From an uncultured Verrucomicrobiae bacterium (GTDB lineage Bacteria > Verrucomicrobiota > Verrucomicrobiia > Chthoniobacterales > Terrimicrobiaceae), in the NCBI GenBank assembly GCA_963706955.1, contig CAVPOC010000008.1, positions 1-64,000 of the forward strand: a stretch of 64,000 nucleotides of DNA, read 5' to 3'. The notes beneath the pieces were generated by a model. That model was not told the DNA's origin, searched no databases, and was given only the letters and a program-made list of their open reading frames with translations. Of this stretch, positions 50,800 through 62,117 are shown in pieces. The translations under genes and the position numbers were made by a program. The first letter of the stretch is position 1. Every line of letters begins with the position of its first letter.

Positions 50800-52281
50800 T
50801 TAGCGCATGGCGTCGATCAATTCTTCTAGAGTGACCACCGCAAAGCAAGTTGCGGAATCGGACACCGCGTACGGCAAGATCAGCTTTCCCCGGTGAATCA
50901 TGCCGCCACACGTGTAGACGACGTTGGGAACGTAACCCTCGCGCTCGTCGGCTTCCGGTTTGATCAGCGGCTCGCGCAGGCGCCCGATGACACGGCTCGG
51001 ATCGGTGTGATCCAGCAGAATCGCACCGATGCAGTATTTGCGCATCGGTCCGACGCCGTGAGTCAAGACCAGCCAGCCGGCATCTGTCTCGATCGGCGAG
51101 CCGCAATTGCCCAATTGCACAAATTCCCACGGCTCCGCGGGCCGCAGGATAACGTGCGAATCGTACCAAAAGTGCGGATGCTCGGAAAACATCAGGTGGA
51201 TGTTCTCGTTGTCTTGCCGCGAGAGCATGCAGTAATACCCATTGATCTTCCTGGGAAACATCGCCATGCCCTTGTTTCTTACTGCCGGTCCATTGAGCGT
51301 GCAGACCCTGAAGTGAAGAAAGTCTTGCGTCTCGAGCAACTGCGGGAGAATTGTCCGGCCATCATACGCGGTGTATGTCGCGTAGTAAATGGGAGGAGTG
51401 TCTGCGTCGCGAAAGTAAACGAAGCGCGCGTCCTCAATTCCATTGCTCTGGCTTGGGGAAAATGGAAAGATGATGCGTTCGGAGATCGATTCCTCCGGCG
51501 CAAAGGCAATCTCGTAATTCGAGCGGGCCAACAATACCATCTTCTCGCCGATCACCGGCGCTTCTGGATCGGAATGGCCAATTTTGAGGATATCGACAGC
51601 CGTCCGGAGATGATCGAAGGTGAACTTCTCACCGAGGGCGTCGAGAACTTGCCGGGCAAAGTCGGTGTCCAGGCCAAGTTCTCCAAGTTTTCGCAGAAAC
51701 AAATCCCGTTCATACACTGCAGAAGGTATCGGACGCGGTTCGGTGACAAAACGTGAGCCACTCGCGAGCTGTATTTCGCCGTGCTCATCCACGACACCGG
51801 AGCGGAAAGTGATGCAGGAGATATGCCCTTCGCCGGTGGCCCGAAGGCTGAGAATGACCCGCACGCACCCCGGAGCGACGTTGGTCTGATCAGGATGAGG
51901 AATGATGCTCGGATTGAAAAGTGCCGCACTCTCCAGCGAATACTCGCTGGTAAAATACGAGCCGATCAGCAATTGCCGGCTTTCGGAAACGGTCACATCG
52001 CCAGGTAAATATTCCCGCACCTGCGAGAACCGCAGGGCCAAGATGTCTGTGACCCTTTGATGGCGATCTCCGAAGTCATTCAGAATCTCATCGATCAACG
52101 CGCTGACGTGTTCTTCCGATAAGGCGAGAACCCGCGCAAGAATCAAGCGCGCGCGTGGCGAGTCGATCGACTTCATTTCCGTTCCACCGACTGCGGCCGG
52201 AAAGAAAGGGCGCATGAGCACACGGGCGGAATTCGGCCGCAACGTCAGCGGCAAACGGCGCACCGTGATAGACTCACTCAC
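50800..52281 (-). CDS. glycoside hydrolase family 130 protein
   Basis: AALFNPSI, NGIEDARF, YTAYDG, NKGMAMFPRKING, EGYVPNVVYTCG. Confidence 0.9.
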   Translation of the reverse strand: MSESITVRRLPLTLRPNSARVLMRPFFPAAVGGTEMKSIDSPRARLILARVLALSEEHVSALIDEILNDFGDRHQRVTDILALRFSQVREYLPGDVTVSESRQLLIGSYFTSEYSLESAALFNPSIIPHPDQTNVAPGCVRVILSLRATGEGHISCITFRSGVVDEHGEIQLASGSRFVTEPRPIPSAVYERDLFLRKLGELGLDTDFARQVLDALGEKFTFDHLRTAVDILKIGHSDPEAPVIGEKMVLLARSNYEIAFAPEESISERIIFPFSPSQSNGIEDARFVYFRDADTPPIYYATYTAYDGRTILPQLLETQDFLHFRVCTLNGPAVRNKGMAMFPRKINGYYCMLSRQDNENIHLMFSEHPHFWYDSHVILRPAEPWEFVQLGNCGSPIETDAGWLVLTHGVGPMRKYCIGAILLDHTDPSRVIGRLREPLIKPEADEREGYVPNVVYTCGGMIHRGKLILPYAVSDSATCFAVVTLEELIDAMR

Positions 52282-52462
52282 GCAACTTGCCCCCCATAGA
52301 AGAAAAGCGGACCAGCCCCTTTAGCAAATCGAGGACAGCCACGAGAATAGGCCGTTTCAGTTGACCGTCGTCGATCAAGCAATTCACGTTGCGTCCCATC
52401 CTGGCGACGCCCATCTGCCGCGGAGCGAAACGAATGTCAAGCGTGTTGCTAAAATTTGCCTC

Positions 52463-52640
52463 TTGCCCTCGTCGGATCCGGTGCTAGCATGCCCACGTGT
52501 CGGCGATTGCGAGCACCTATCTAAATCTTGCTCCTCGACTCGGGTTGCTCCCGAGACGACTTACCTTCCTTTCATAACCGGCATAGGCTGCGTTCCCGGC
52601 GGGCGTGCTAGTGCCGCGCTCCTTTTCTCCTCTCCGCCGG
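52463..52640 (+). promoter_or_regulatory. putative leuA promoter with Leu-rich leader peptide/attenuator
   Basis: TTGCCC-N16-TAGCAT; GTG ORF 52497-52577 with 7 Leu in 26 codons; hairpins. Confidence 0.5.
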
Positions 52641-52656
52641 CCAACCAATCCACCTT

Positions 52657-54207
52657 ATGTCTTCGAAAATAATCATTTTTGATACGACGCTGCGCGACGG
52701 GGAACAATGCCCGGGCGCCAGCATGAACCTGCGCGAGAAAATGGAAATCGCCCGCCAACTGGGACGCCTCAACGTTGATGTGATCGAGGCCGGCTTTCCC
52801 GTCATTAGCGATGGCGACTTTGAAGCGGTGCGGACCATCGCTTCGGAAATCAGGGGGCCAATTATTTGTGGGCTCGCCCGGTGCGTTCCCAAGGATATCG
52901 ACGCCGCCGGCGCCGCCGTCCGACCCGCCGGCGAGTTGGCGCGCATTCATGTCTTTCTGGCGACGTCCGCAATCCATCGGGAGTTCAAACTGAAGAAGGC
53001 TGAGGAGGAGATCGTCCGGCTGGCCATCGAGGGCGTAAGGCGCGCCAAAGCTTTGACGAAAGATGTCGAGTTTTCCCCGGAAGATGCTTCTCGCACTGAG
53101 CCGGAATTTCTCGCGCGGGTCGTCCAAGCGGCCATCGAAGCGGGCGCCACCACGGTGAATATCCCTGATACCGTGGGCTTCGCCGTCCCAGAGCAATACG
53201 CCTCCCTGATTTCCTACTTGCGTGACAACGTGAGGAACATTGACGATGCGGTGATCAGCGTGCATTGCCACGATGATCTCGGGCTGGCGGTTGCCAACTC
53301 GTTGGCGGCCATCAAGGCAGGGGCTCGGCAGGTGGAGGGAACATTCAATGGCATCGGGGAACGCGCCGGCAATTGCGCATTGGAGGAAGTCGTCATGGCG
53401 ATGAAGACTCGTAGCGAATACTTCAGCGGGGTGCACACCGGCATCGTCACGCGCGAAATCTTGAAGACCTCACGCATCATCAGCCGAATGAGCGGCCTGC
53501 ATGTCGCCCGAAGCAAAGCGATTGTCGGAGAAAATGCCTTCGCACATAGCGCAGGTATTCACCAGGACGGCATCCTGAAAAAACGCGAAACCTATGAGAT
53601 CATGGACCCGGAGGATGTCGGTTGGGGCGGCACGGAACTGCCCCTCACCAAACATAGCGGTCGCCATGCCATGGTCGCCCGACTCGAGCACCTCGGCTAC
53701 AAACTGACCGCCCATGAGATCGCCAGCGTCTTCGAGCGTTTCAAGGATGTCGGCGACAAGAAAAAGTTCGTTTACGACGATGACCTCGCCGCTCTGGTTG
53801 AGGATTCCATGTCGGTCGGAACGGAAACATACATTCTCGAATACATCCACGTCACCAGCGGCTCGACGACGGTCCCGACCGCAACCGTCAAGCTGAAAAA
53901 AGGCGCCGAGACGCTCCAGGATTCCAGTCCGGGCAATGGCGCGGTGGACGCGGCTATGCAAGCAATCGACCGGATCGTAAAACGTCGCGGCCACTTGGCG
54001 CAATACACCGTCGAAGCGGTCACTCAGGGACGCGACTCCTTGGGTGAAGTGACTTTGAAGGTCGACTTTGGCAACGGCGAGTTGATCACTGGAAAAGGCG
54101 CCAGCACCGACGTCATCGAAGCCAGCGCGCGCGCCTATCTCAACGCCGTCAACCGGGCCGAATTGCTCCACGACCGCAAACACGCGTCAGTCCTCGCCCC
54201 GATTTGA
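52657..54207 (+). CDS. leuA: 2-isopropylmalate synthase
   Basis: [36 protein letters not shown]-terminal regulatory domain. Confidence 0.97.
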   Translation: MSSKIIIFDTTLRDGEQCPGASMNLREKMEIARQLGRLNVDVIEAGFPVISDGDFEAVRTIASEIRGPIICGLARCVPKDIDAAGAAVRPAGELARIHVFLATSAIHREFKLKKAEEEIVRLAIEGVRRAKALTKDVEFSPEDASRTEPEFLARVVQAAIEAGATTVNIPDTVGFAVPEQYASLISYLRDNVRNIDDAVISVHCHDDLGLAVANSLAAIKAGARQVEGTFNGIGERAGNCALEEVVMAMKTRSEYFSGVHTGIVTREILKTSRIISRMSGLHVARSKAIVGENAFAHSAGIHQDGILKKRETYEIMDPEDVGWGGTELPLTKHSGRHAMVARLEHLGYKLTAHEIASVFERFKDVGDKKKFVYDDDLAALVEDSMSVGTETYILEYIHVTSGSTTVPTATVKLKKGAETLQDSSPGNGAVDAAMQAIDRIVKRRGHLAQYTVEAVTQGRDSLGEVTLKVDFGNGELITGKGASTDVIEASARAYLNAVNRAELLHDRKHASVLAPI

Positions 54208-54331
54208 GTTATAGCCGCGATATCGCCATCGCCGCGGGCTTTTTGTAGCGGCGATGTCCTCATCGCCGATTGGCCTTTGTCGCGGCGTACTACGGCCGGT
54301 ATAGTAAATTATATCGTCGAGGTGAACCAGG

Positions 54332-54395
54332 TGTAGGGGCGCTTGTGTCAAGCGCCCAGCGATATCCACAGGCGCTTGGCACAAGCGCCTCTACA
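54332..54395. repeat. GTAG-type REP doublet (REPIN-like)
   Basis: TGTAGGGGCGCTTGTGTCAAGCGCC ... GGCGCTTGGCACAAGCGCCTCTACA: inverted pair, each copy with an internal palindrome. Confidence 0.75.
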
Positions 54396-54775
54396 AATTT
54401 TGTTTCGCCTTGATCCGGCAACACGCCTGGCTTGGTAATTCCGCGGCAGGCGGAGAAAGCTTAGTCACCAACCCTTTCTAAGCTTGGCAGAAACGATTGC
54501 TTTGGTCGCGATAAAACAGCAATCTCTGATGGACCTAGATCGCCACAACGACGCCGGCGCGCCTTCCGTTTCTGCGCTCCGATTTTAGCCTTGAAGCCCG
54601 GCATTGGTTCGCTACCAGCAATTTTCGCGCTGCCCGGCACCGACCATGATGTTATATTCTGCTCCGAAACCGTTGCGCAAACGCTTCGGGCGCCGATATG
54701 AACAATGTAGGTTTAGCGAAAACTATTTGCCAGTCTCGGGCCGACTGTTTCTCCCTGGTCACTCAATGAATAAAA

Positions 54776-55303
54776 GTGAAAACTCTAGAGTCAAAGATTG
54801 TATACCAAAACAGGTGGATGACCGTAAAAGAGGATGTCGTTCAGCGCGAAAACGGCAGCACCGGAATATACGGAATAGTTGAAAAGCCTGATTTTGCCGT
54901 GATTGCGGCAATGGACAATGGTCGAGTCTACTTAGTTGAACAGCATCGTTATCCGGTGGGTTCAAGGTTTTGGGAGCTTCCACAAGGCTCGTGGGAATCT
55001 AGTTCTATAAGTGCTTGCGACCTAGCCAAAGCCGAACTTAGGGAGGAAACTGGTATCATTGCGCACACTGTTGAGCACATTGGACACCTCTTTCTAGCAT
55101 ATGGATACTCAAATCAAGGATACGATATTTTTATCGCCTGCGAACTAGAGCATGCGTCGCAGGACTTGGACATCGAAGAGCATGGTCTAGCGGTGCGATC
55201 TTTCTTAATCTCGGATGTTGAATCAATGATCGTTGAAGGACACATTAAAGATGGAACTACAGTGGCTGCCTTTGGGTTGCTCAAGTTGAGTAAGAAAATC
55301 TAG
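54776..55303 (+). CDS. NUDIX hydrolase (ADP-ribose pyrophosphatase-like)
   Basis: WELPQG..AKAELREETG Nudix box; AT-richer than flanks. Confidence 0.9.
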   Translation: MKTLESKIVYQNRWMTVKEDVVQRENGSTGIYGIVEKPDFAVIAAMDNGRVYLVEQHRYPVGSRFWELPQGSWESSSISACDLAKAELREETGIIAHTVEHIGHLFLAYGYSNQGYDIFIACELEHASQDLDIEEHGLAVRSFLISDVESMIVEGHIKDGTTVAAFGLLKLSKKI

Positions 55304-55427
55304 CTACAAGTCTGATGCTTCTTTTCGGGGAATTTCGTTTGAGGTGTCTCGTCTGCTGATGCGGACTGAACAATTTGTGCGCAGTAGCGGACGGTATCAA
55401 TCACATGATTAGATAAGTCGCGTGCTA

Positions 55428-56417
55428 CTACCCTGTGATCACAGAGCTATCAGCGTAACCGCTGGGATGCGTCTTGTGCCAGTCCCAAGCACTTTGCACG
55501 ATGCTTTTGAGATCCGGATGTCCCGGAACCCAGCCGAGAACCTTCCTCGCCCTGGTTGCATCAGCCACAAGTGCGGTACAATCGCCAGGACGACGTGGTT
55601 GAATTTCTGCGGGAATCGGGTGTCCAGTCACTTCGCGACAAACGTCAATGACCTCTTTGACGGTGTAGCCGTCGCCGTTGCCGAGATTGAATGCCCCGTC
55701 GATACCCGGTTTGAGTGCTAGTATGTGCGCCTGGGCGAGATCCCTGATGTGGATATAGTCACGCACACAGGTTCCGTCCCGCGTTTCATAATCATCGCCG
55801 AAGATAAAGACTTTTTCGCGTTTTCCCTGCGCCACCTGTAAGACAAGTGGGATTAAGTGACTTTCCGGGTTGTGCGCCTCGCCATACTTTTCGGTAGCGC
55901 CGCAGGCGTTAAAATAGCGAAGGAATACACATTCAATGCCATGAATTATCTGTCCCCATTGAAAAATTCTTTCACAGAGGAGTTTGGACTCCCCGTACAC
56001 TGACTCAGGTTTCTGCGGCAGAGTTTCGTCCATCGGGGTACGCTCGGGTGTGCCATAGGTGGCGCACGTCGAGGAGAAGATCAACTTCTTGCATCCGGAC
56101 TCCACCATGGCGCTCATCAGATTAAGCGAACCAGTAACATTGTTTTCGAAAAACGGCATCGGTTCTTTCATCGATTGGCCGACTTCGATGTAAGCCGCAA
56201 AATGAATGACGGCGTCTGGGCGATTGGCAAGAAGGGCACTCTTAATGTCCTCCTTGAAGCGAAGGTCGCCCTGGATGTATTTTGCGCGAGGATCGACTGC
56301 GGGTTGGTATCCGCGCTCCAAATTGTCGAACACGACAACTTCATGTCCCTCGTCGCAGAGCAGTTCAGTGGTGACGCTTCCGATGTATCCGGCTCCGCCG
56401 GGAACGAGTACTTTCAT
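55428..56417 (-). CDS. galE: UDP-glucose 4-epimerase
   Basis: GGAGYIGS, HFAA, FSSTCATYG, YGESK, LRYFNACGA, DGTCVRDYIH. Confidence 0.96.
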   Translation of the reverse strand: MKVLVPGGAGYIGSVTTELLCDEGHEVVVFDNLERGYQPAVDPRAKYIQGDLRFKEDIKSALLANRPDAVIHFAAYIEVGQSMKEPMPFFENNVTGSLNLMSAMVESGCKKLIFSSTCATYGTPERTPMDETLPQKPESVYGESKLLCERIFQWGQIIHGIECVFLRYFNACGATEKYGEAHNPESHLIPLVLQVAQGKREKVFIFGDDYETRDGTCVRDYIHIRDLAQAHILALKPGIDGAFNLGNGDGYTVKEVIDVCREVTGHPIPAEIQPRRPGDCTALVADATRARKVLGWVPGHPDLKSIVQSAWDWHKTHPSGYADSSVITG

Positions 56418-56500
56418 AGCTGATCTCCTTTTCGCGTGTGGCGTATCATGCGCGTCCTCTAAGGGTGCAACGATGCGCGGTTAGTATTAGACGTGGTAAA

Positions 56501-57667
56501 TCACCTAACTATGGTCGCTCCGGAGGAAGGGACGATGGTTTCCGCGGTAGGCTCGAGCCCTTTAATCCTGCAGATGTCGATGATCTTGGCACAACTAACA
56601 TCGGCATCGGCCTCATGAACCAGAGCTACAACGCTGCCACCCCAGCCACCACCGGAAAGACGCGCCCCAAGGGCACCGGCTTCGCGCGCAGCTTCGACGA
56701 CGATGTCGAGCTCGTCGCACGAATTTTCAAAAGCCGTGCGGGAAGTCTCATGTGAGTCGTAAAGAAACTGGCCAAAGGCTTCGAGCTTACCGTTCTTGAG
56801 CAGCTTCACGCCCTCTTCGACACGCGTAATTTCAGCAACTATATGCGTGGCACGTTGGGCCGCTTCGGGGTCGATCTTACCTTTGTTGGCTTCAAACTCC
56901 TCCCATGAAACGTCGCGCAGCGCGGTCACCGGGTGATCGAGCAGTGCTCCCAGCTCCTTAGCTGCCTTTTCGCAACTAATGCGGCGTGCGTTGTAGGGTG
57001 AGTCGGCCAGCGCGTGCTTGATGTGCGGGTTAATCATCAGGAACACGACATCGTCGGGAAGCTTAACCGGATAAGCTTCCAGTGAGCGGAAATCGCTGTG
57101 GATCAGTCCGTGGTGTTCGCCGTAGATGCTGGAGAACTGATCGAGCAGACCGCAGTTGCAGCCGGCAAAGTCGTTCTCGGCCTTCTGGGCAATTTTGGCG
57201 ATTTCGGTCTTATCGAGTGACACTCCGGCGTATTTGAGAACCGCATACGCGGTTGCGACTTCGAGTGCTGCCGAACTGGAAAGTCCGGCGCCCATCGGAA
57301 TTGATCCCATGAAAGAACAATCTATTCCGTCCGCAATAACCCCTTTGTCGCGAAGATAGTGCATGACTCCCTTTACAAAGTTGGCCCACTGGACCGTTGC
57401 ATCGAGCCGTGTGCTGTTTGAGGGATCGAACTCAGTAGTCTCGTGCAAATCGCTGGCAATAAGGCGGACGCCCGGTTTTTGCGATTTCGAGATGCAGAAG
57501 CAATGGCCCATATTGATCGCCGCGGAAAGGACAGTACCTTCGTTATAGTCCGTGTGGTTCCCCAACACTTCGATTCGGCCCGGCGCGTAGGAAACCGTGG
57601 TAGGTTCAGTCCCGTAGCTTTTGGTATGGATAGCTATGCTTTTTTTAACAACGTTCGGATCATACAT
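56501..57667 (-). CDS. galK: galactokinase
   Basis: APGRIEVLGNHTDYNEG, PMGAGLSSSAA, CGLLDQ, GARLSGGGWGG. Confidence 0.94.
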   Translation of the reverse strand: MYDPNVVKKSIAIHTKSYGTEPTTVSYAPGRIEVLGNHTDYNEGTVLSAAINMGHCFCISKSQKPGVRLIASDLHETTEFDPSNSTRLDATVQWANFVKGVMHYLRDKGVIADGIDCSFMGSIPMGAGLSSSAALEVATAYAVLKYAGVSLDKTEIAKIAQKAENDFAGCNCGLLDQFSSIYGEHHGLIHSDFRSLEAYPVKLPDDVVFLMINPHIKHALADSPYNARRISCEKAAKELGALLDHPVTALRDVSWEEFEANKGKIDPEAAQRATHIVAEITRVEEGVKLLKNGKLEAFGQFLYDSHETSRTAFENSCDELDIVVEAAREAGALGARLSGGGWGGSVVALVHEADADVSCAKIIDICRIKGLEPTAETIVPSSGATIVR

Positions 57668-58014
57668 GTTCTACATTCCGTAATGTTTTAGGTATCGCGA
57701 AGCATAGTCCTCATGATGCTAATGGCTTGGATCGGTCGTCTGACATCGTAGTCAACGCCAACTAGAGGCGATTTCATAAGCAGAGGTTATCGCCTCTTGA
57801 CAGTAGAAGGCCGTTGGTCCAATGGGGGCACTGCCCCAGCTGGGCAAAAGAAAGGATGATGGAACACGACAACCAGAAGCCGAATTCAGCCGCCGTGCTC
57901 GACTAGTACGGCCGCCACTGAGACTATGTATCAGCGCGCTTACACGGCCGTCGAAGTTTAGCATCGTGGACCGATCATTAGGGATGAGGTTTCTCGAGCG
58001 AAGCCGCCCGGTTT

Positions 58015-58674
<660 letters not shown>

Positions 58675-58879
58675 TCAAGAACGGCGGCAATCTCTTGCTG
58701 GGTCTATGGAATAACGGTAAGGCTTCCCAGCTGCTGAGTCTTCCTATCTTGACAGCAAAACCGGCAAATTCCTCGCAGTGCGCTGCGCCGAGCTCCTCGC
58801 CCGCATTTCCCGCCTTCCAAGACTGCATTCCATTCGAACTGTCTTTGTCGGTGGCTGCTGGCCCACCTTTCTTCGGTAT

Positions 58880-59089
58880 TCACATTCGACAAGCTCGATC
58901 CCACGACGCATCTCTATCTGTGATTATTCCGGCATCGTGGAGTGCGAGCTCTTCGCTAACGTATATTGGGGATTCGGTGGGGAGATAATCCGCCCTCCGA
59001 CACTCGAACTTAGCGGCAAGACTAAGCCTTTCGCAAACCACAACGGATACACCCGCCACATGGAAGCGGTGAGGAGAGCCAGAACTTAG
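58880..59089 (+). pseudogene. possible DnaE/DnaE2 C-terminal OB-fold remnant
   Basis: ISICDYSGIVECELFANVY..KPFANHNGY resembles the DnaE OB-fold tail. Confidence 0.45.
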
Positions 59090-59127
59090 TGCTGATCTCC
59101 TGTACTCATCAGCTTCACCGTCTAGGC

Positions 59128-59874
59128 TTATCGTCCTTTCATGTGAATGGATGGGCCCGGGCTAGTCAACTTCGCCATTTCGCTTCGAACCTGCTCATGG
59201 AGTTCAGCGATCCACATCGGTCCGGCATCGTCGCTAGCCTCCCTTGTCTTCTCTCGAAGGTCGCGTGGAGCAATGATCAGCTGGACATCGTCGAGGCCGG
59301 TGCGGGCGACGAGCACGAACAGTTCTTCCACCGCAGGATCTCCGATCGCGATACATCCGATGGACTCCGCGCCTCCATGAATCATGATGTCCCCGCCAAG
59401 CATCGAAAGATCGCGCCCGTCCCGGCCGGCCTGCTCGATATCGGCTGCGTTCGGATAATCGACGCGCAAGGACAAGTGATATCGGCTGTTCGGATTCAAA
59501 AGCTCGATCCGATAGAAGCCCTCCGGGACCTGCTTATCACCTTCACGCAGCTTCGGACCAACAATTCCGCTCGCCGCGAGAATCGGGTATGAGAGAACGA
59601 ACCTTGGTCCATGAAAATCGTCCGCGGCATAAATCTCCAGCCGCTTCTCTTCCTTAAGGGCGAGGAGGGTGAGGTGCTCCGGTGGCCAGGATATCCCTGC
59701 CCGCTCGAAAGCCGGACGCAAGCGGCGGTCGACGTGCGGGCCCAAAACGCGAATCACTTCTTCAATCGTCCGTGGTTTCGGCGGCAGCGAAGCAGGTCGC
59801 AGAAGTTGTCGATAGTACCAGGCGCCGATCCCTGCCAGCGCGAGCAGTACGGTCGCAACCACGCCGAGCCGCAT
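59128..59874 (-). CDS. L,D-transpeptidase (YkuD/YafK-like) family protein
   Basis: GPKLREGDKQVPEGFY, YHLSLRVDYPN, GGDIMIHGGAESIGC. Confidence 0.88.
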   Translation of the reverse strand: MRLGVVATVLLALAGIGAWYYRQLLRPASLPPKPRTIEEVIRVLGPHVDRRLRPAFERAGISWPPEHLTLLALKEEKRLEIYAADDFHGPRFVLSYPILAASGIVGPKLREGDKQVPEGFYRIELLNPNSRYHLSLRVDYPNAADIEQAGRDGRDLSMLGGDIMIHGGAESIGCIAIGDPAVEELFVLVARTGLDDVQLIIAPRDLREKTREASDDAGPMWIAELHEQVRSEMAKLTSPGPSIHMKGR

Positions 59875-59893
59875 TCGGCCGGCAACCTTCCCA

Positions 59894-60865
59894 CTAGAGC
59901 TTTCCCTCGCGCACATAATAGCTTTGCGCGGCCTCCAGAGCTTCGCTCAGGCTTATCGAGGCACGCCAGCCCGTCAGACGAGCAAACTTGGACCCGTCAA
60001 CCACCCAGCGGTCGGGCCAGATTTCCCGCGCTCGATCGCGTGTCAGGCTCGGCGCTTTTGCCCGCAAACTTGGAATCGTGTCAACGAAAGCCGACAGCAT
60101 TCGAACAACCAGATGAGGGACCGGCACGGTCACTCCTCTCGCATGGCAAGCCGCCGCCGCCGCCGCGATCAATTGCCAGTCGGTCATGGACTGCACCGAA
60201 GCAACATAGCTGGCCTGCGGGCAAGGCTCGCTTTCGAGAGCCAAAAAAATGGCCGTAACGAGATCATCAACTGCGATGAAACTATAGGATTTTGCCCGAA
60301 GTCCTGGCTTGATACGGAGAGCGCCCCGAGCCATTCGAAAAAGCGGAAGCGTGGCCGTGTCGCGTGGCCCCAGGATCATCGGCGGACGCAAGATTGAAAT
60401 CGGACGATTTGGAAATTCGTCACGGATTGCGCGCTCCATCGCGAGTTTGGATTCTCCGTACCAGGTAATCGGCGCATCGGGATCTTCCTCCGACCGAGCT
60501 ACCCTGCCGTCCGGTGTCGGACCACCAGCCGACTGCGACGAGATGACCACTGTGCGGCATTCCGGAGGCAACGCGCGCAGAGTTGCCAGCGTCCAATCGA
60601 CATTGGTCCGAAAGTAATCACTGCGATTTCGCTCGAAAAGGACCCCGCCTCCCAAAACCGCGCGGCGCGGGGAGATTCTTGGCCAGCGATCTGGTAGTGC
60701 GGAAAGCAACTGGATTTCCTGCGGATCTCTCTTTTCAAATCGAAGCTGCTGCAGGAGCTTGTCGGCATTGCGCACCGCCGTAAGCACCTCTGTGCCTTCG
60801 GACAGCGCGCGGAGAAGGATATTCCGCCCAAGGAAGCCCGTGGCTCCGGTGAGGAGCAGACTCAT
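59894..60865 (-). CDS. NAD-dependent epimerase/reductase (candidate ceramide or ketosphinganine reductase)
   Basis: TGATGFLG, ISSQSAGGP, YGESK; follows spt and the bCerS-like gene on the same strand. Confidence 0.8.
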   Translation of the reverse strand: MSLLLTGATGFLGRNILLRALSEGTEVLTAVRNADKLLQQLRFEKRDPQEIQLLSALPDRWPRISPRRAVLGGGVLFERNRSDYFRTNVDWTLATLRALPPECRTVVISSQSAGGPTPDGRVARSEEDPDAPITWYGESKLAMERAIRDEFPNRPISILRPPMILGPRDTATLPLFRMARGALRIKPGLRAKSYSFIAVDDLVTAIFLALESEPCPQASYVASVQSMTDWQLIAAAAAACHARGVTVPVPHLVVRMLSAFVDTIPSLRAKAPSLTRDRAREIWPDRWVVDGSKFARLTGWRASISLSEALEAAQSYYVREGKL

Positions 60866-60916
60866 GAAGCATGCAACTGGACCCGAACTTCGCCGGTCTC
60901 GGCGCAGACAGATTTT

Positions 60917-62038
60917 CTAAGAGAGCGATTTCTCATAGATCCTCCACTCCTGCTGTTGAATCCCACCGACCATGAGGCAAATCTCGATAATCTCTTTGTT
61001 GCTTTCCTCGATCCAGCCGATCGTCGCATTGGAGTACCGTTTCTTGGCAGAGACAAACTGCTCGTAAATCAACCACGCATGCAAGCCGCGATCACGAAAC
61101 CGCGGCGAGATTCCGAGAACGGCCTGCCGAACCCAGTTGGTGCGATGTGTCTTCATCAGCCAAAGAATGTGCGGCAGCCTGAGCAGAGGCGGAGTTTTCT
61201 TCACGCGCGCGAGGATCTCATTGAAATTCGGCAGCGAAAGAGCCACCCCCGCGTTCTCTCCGTTAACTTCCGCGATGAGCATCATCTCCGGGTCGGCAAA
61301 CGCCCTCATATCGTCTGCAGTCGCGAGCAACTCGTCCATGGTAACGGGGATAAAACCCCAGTTCCGCTCCAGCGTGGAGTTATAGACCTCCTGGACGATC
61401 TTCAGCTCATCCTCGAGCTTCGACATCCTGATCGGTCGAAGCTTGACGTTCGCTCGCTTGACCATTCGCTCCACAATGCGTTTCAGGCGCGTGGGGACCT
61501 CCAGCCGGTGTAAGGGTAGCAAGTATCCAAAGGATCGCCAGACGACACGAAATCCCAACTGCTCGATGAGCGTCTTTTGATATTCAGGATTCCAGCAGAG
61601 TCCAAGACAGGGTGAATGTTCAAACCCTTCCACCAGCAACCCGCATTCATCATTGATACTGGGATTATAGGGCCCACGCAGGCACTCCCGATTGCGCGCC
61701 CTCAGGATCGCGCCAGCCGCATCGAAAAGCTCCCGGGCCAGCTCGGGGTTATCCTCGCAGTCGAAGAAACCGAAGAAACCGGTGCGATCGTGGTATCGCT
61801 CGTTGTGTGCGTGATTGATGATGGCCGCAATCCTCCCGACAGGTTTGTCCCCGCGCCAGGCAACAAACGGATAAATCTCGCCGGAGAGTCTGTTGAACGT
61901 GGATTTCGGTGAAAGGTATTTGACGATGCTCCCGGGAAAGGGCGGAATGAACGCGGGATCGAGACCATGGAGTCTCTCGGGGAGACTCTCAAAAAGCCGC
62001 TCTTCCTTTCTGGTCCTGCACAAGCGAATCGAGTACAT
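60917..62038 (-). CDS. GNAT-fold N-acyltransferase, bacterial ceramide synthase-like
   Basis: GRIAAIINHAHN, GFFGFFDCED, LRGPYNPSINDECGLLVEGF, NWGFIP, WIEESN. Confidence 0.75.
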   Translation of the reverse strand: MYSIRLCRTRKEERLFESLPERLHGLDPAFIPPFPGSIVKYLSPKSTFNRLSGEIYPFVAWRGDKPVGRIAAIINHAHNERYHDRTGFFGFFDCEDNPELARELFDAAGAILRARNRECLRGPYNPSINDECGLLVEGFEHSPCLGLCWNPEYQKTLIEQLGFRVVWRSFGYLLPLHRLEVPTRLKRIVERMVKRANVKLRPIRMSKLEDELKIVQEVYNSTLERNWGFIPVTMDELLATADDMRAFADPEMMLIAEVNGENAGVALSLPNFNEILARVKKTPPLLRLPHILWLMKTHRTNWVRQAVLGISPRFRDRGLHAWLIYEQFVSAKKRYSNATIGWIEESNKEIIEICLMVGGIQQQEWRIYEKSLS

Positions 62039-62117
62039 TCTCGCAGAGAACGAGCGCCGGACCTAATTGAAGTGGCTCAAGCTAAGCAGGCCAGCGCGCC
62101 AATCACCACGGCCATCG

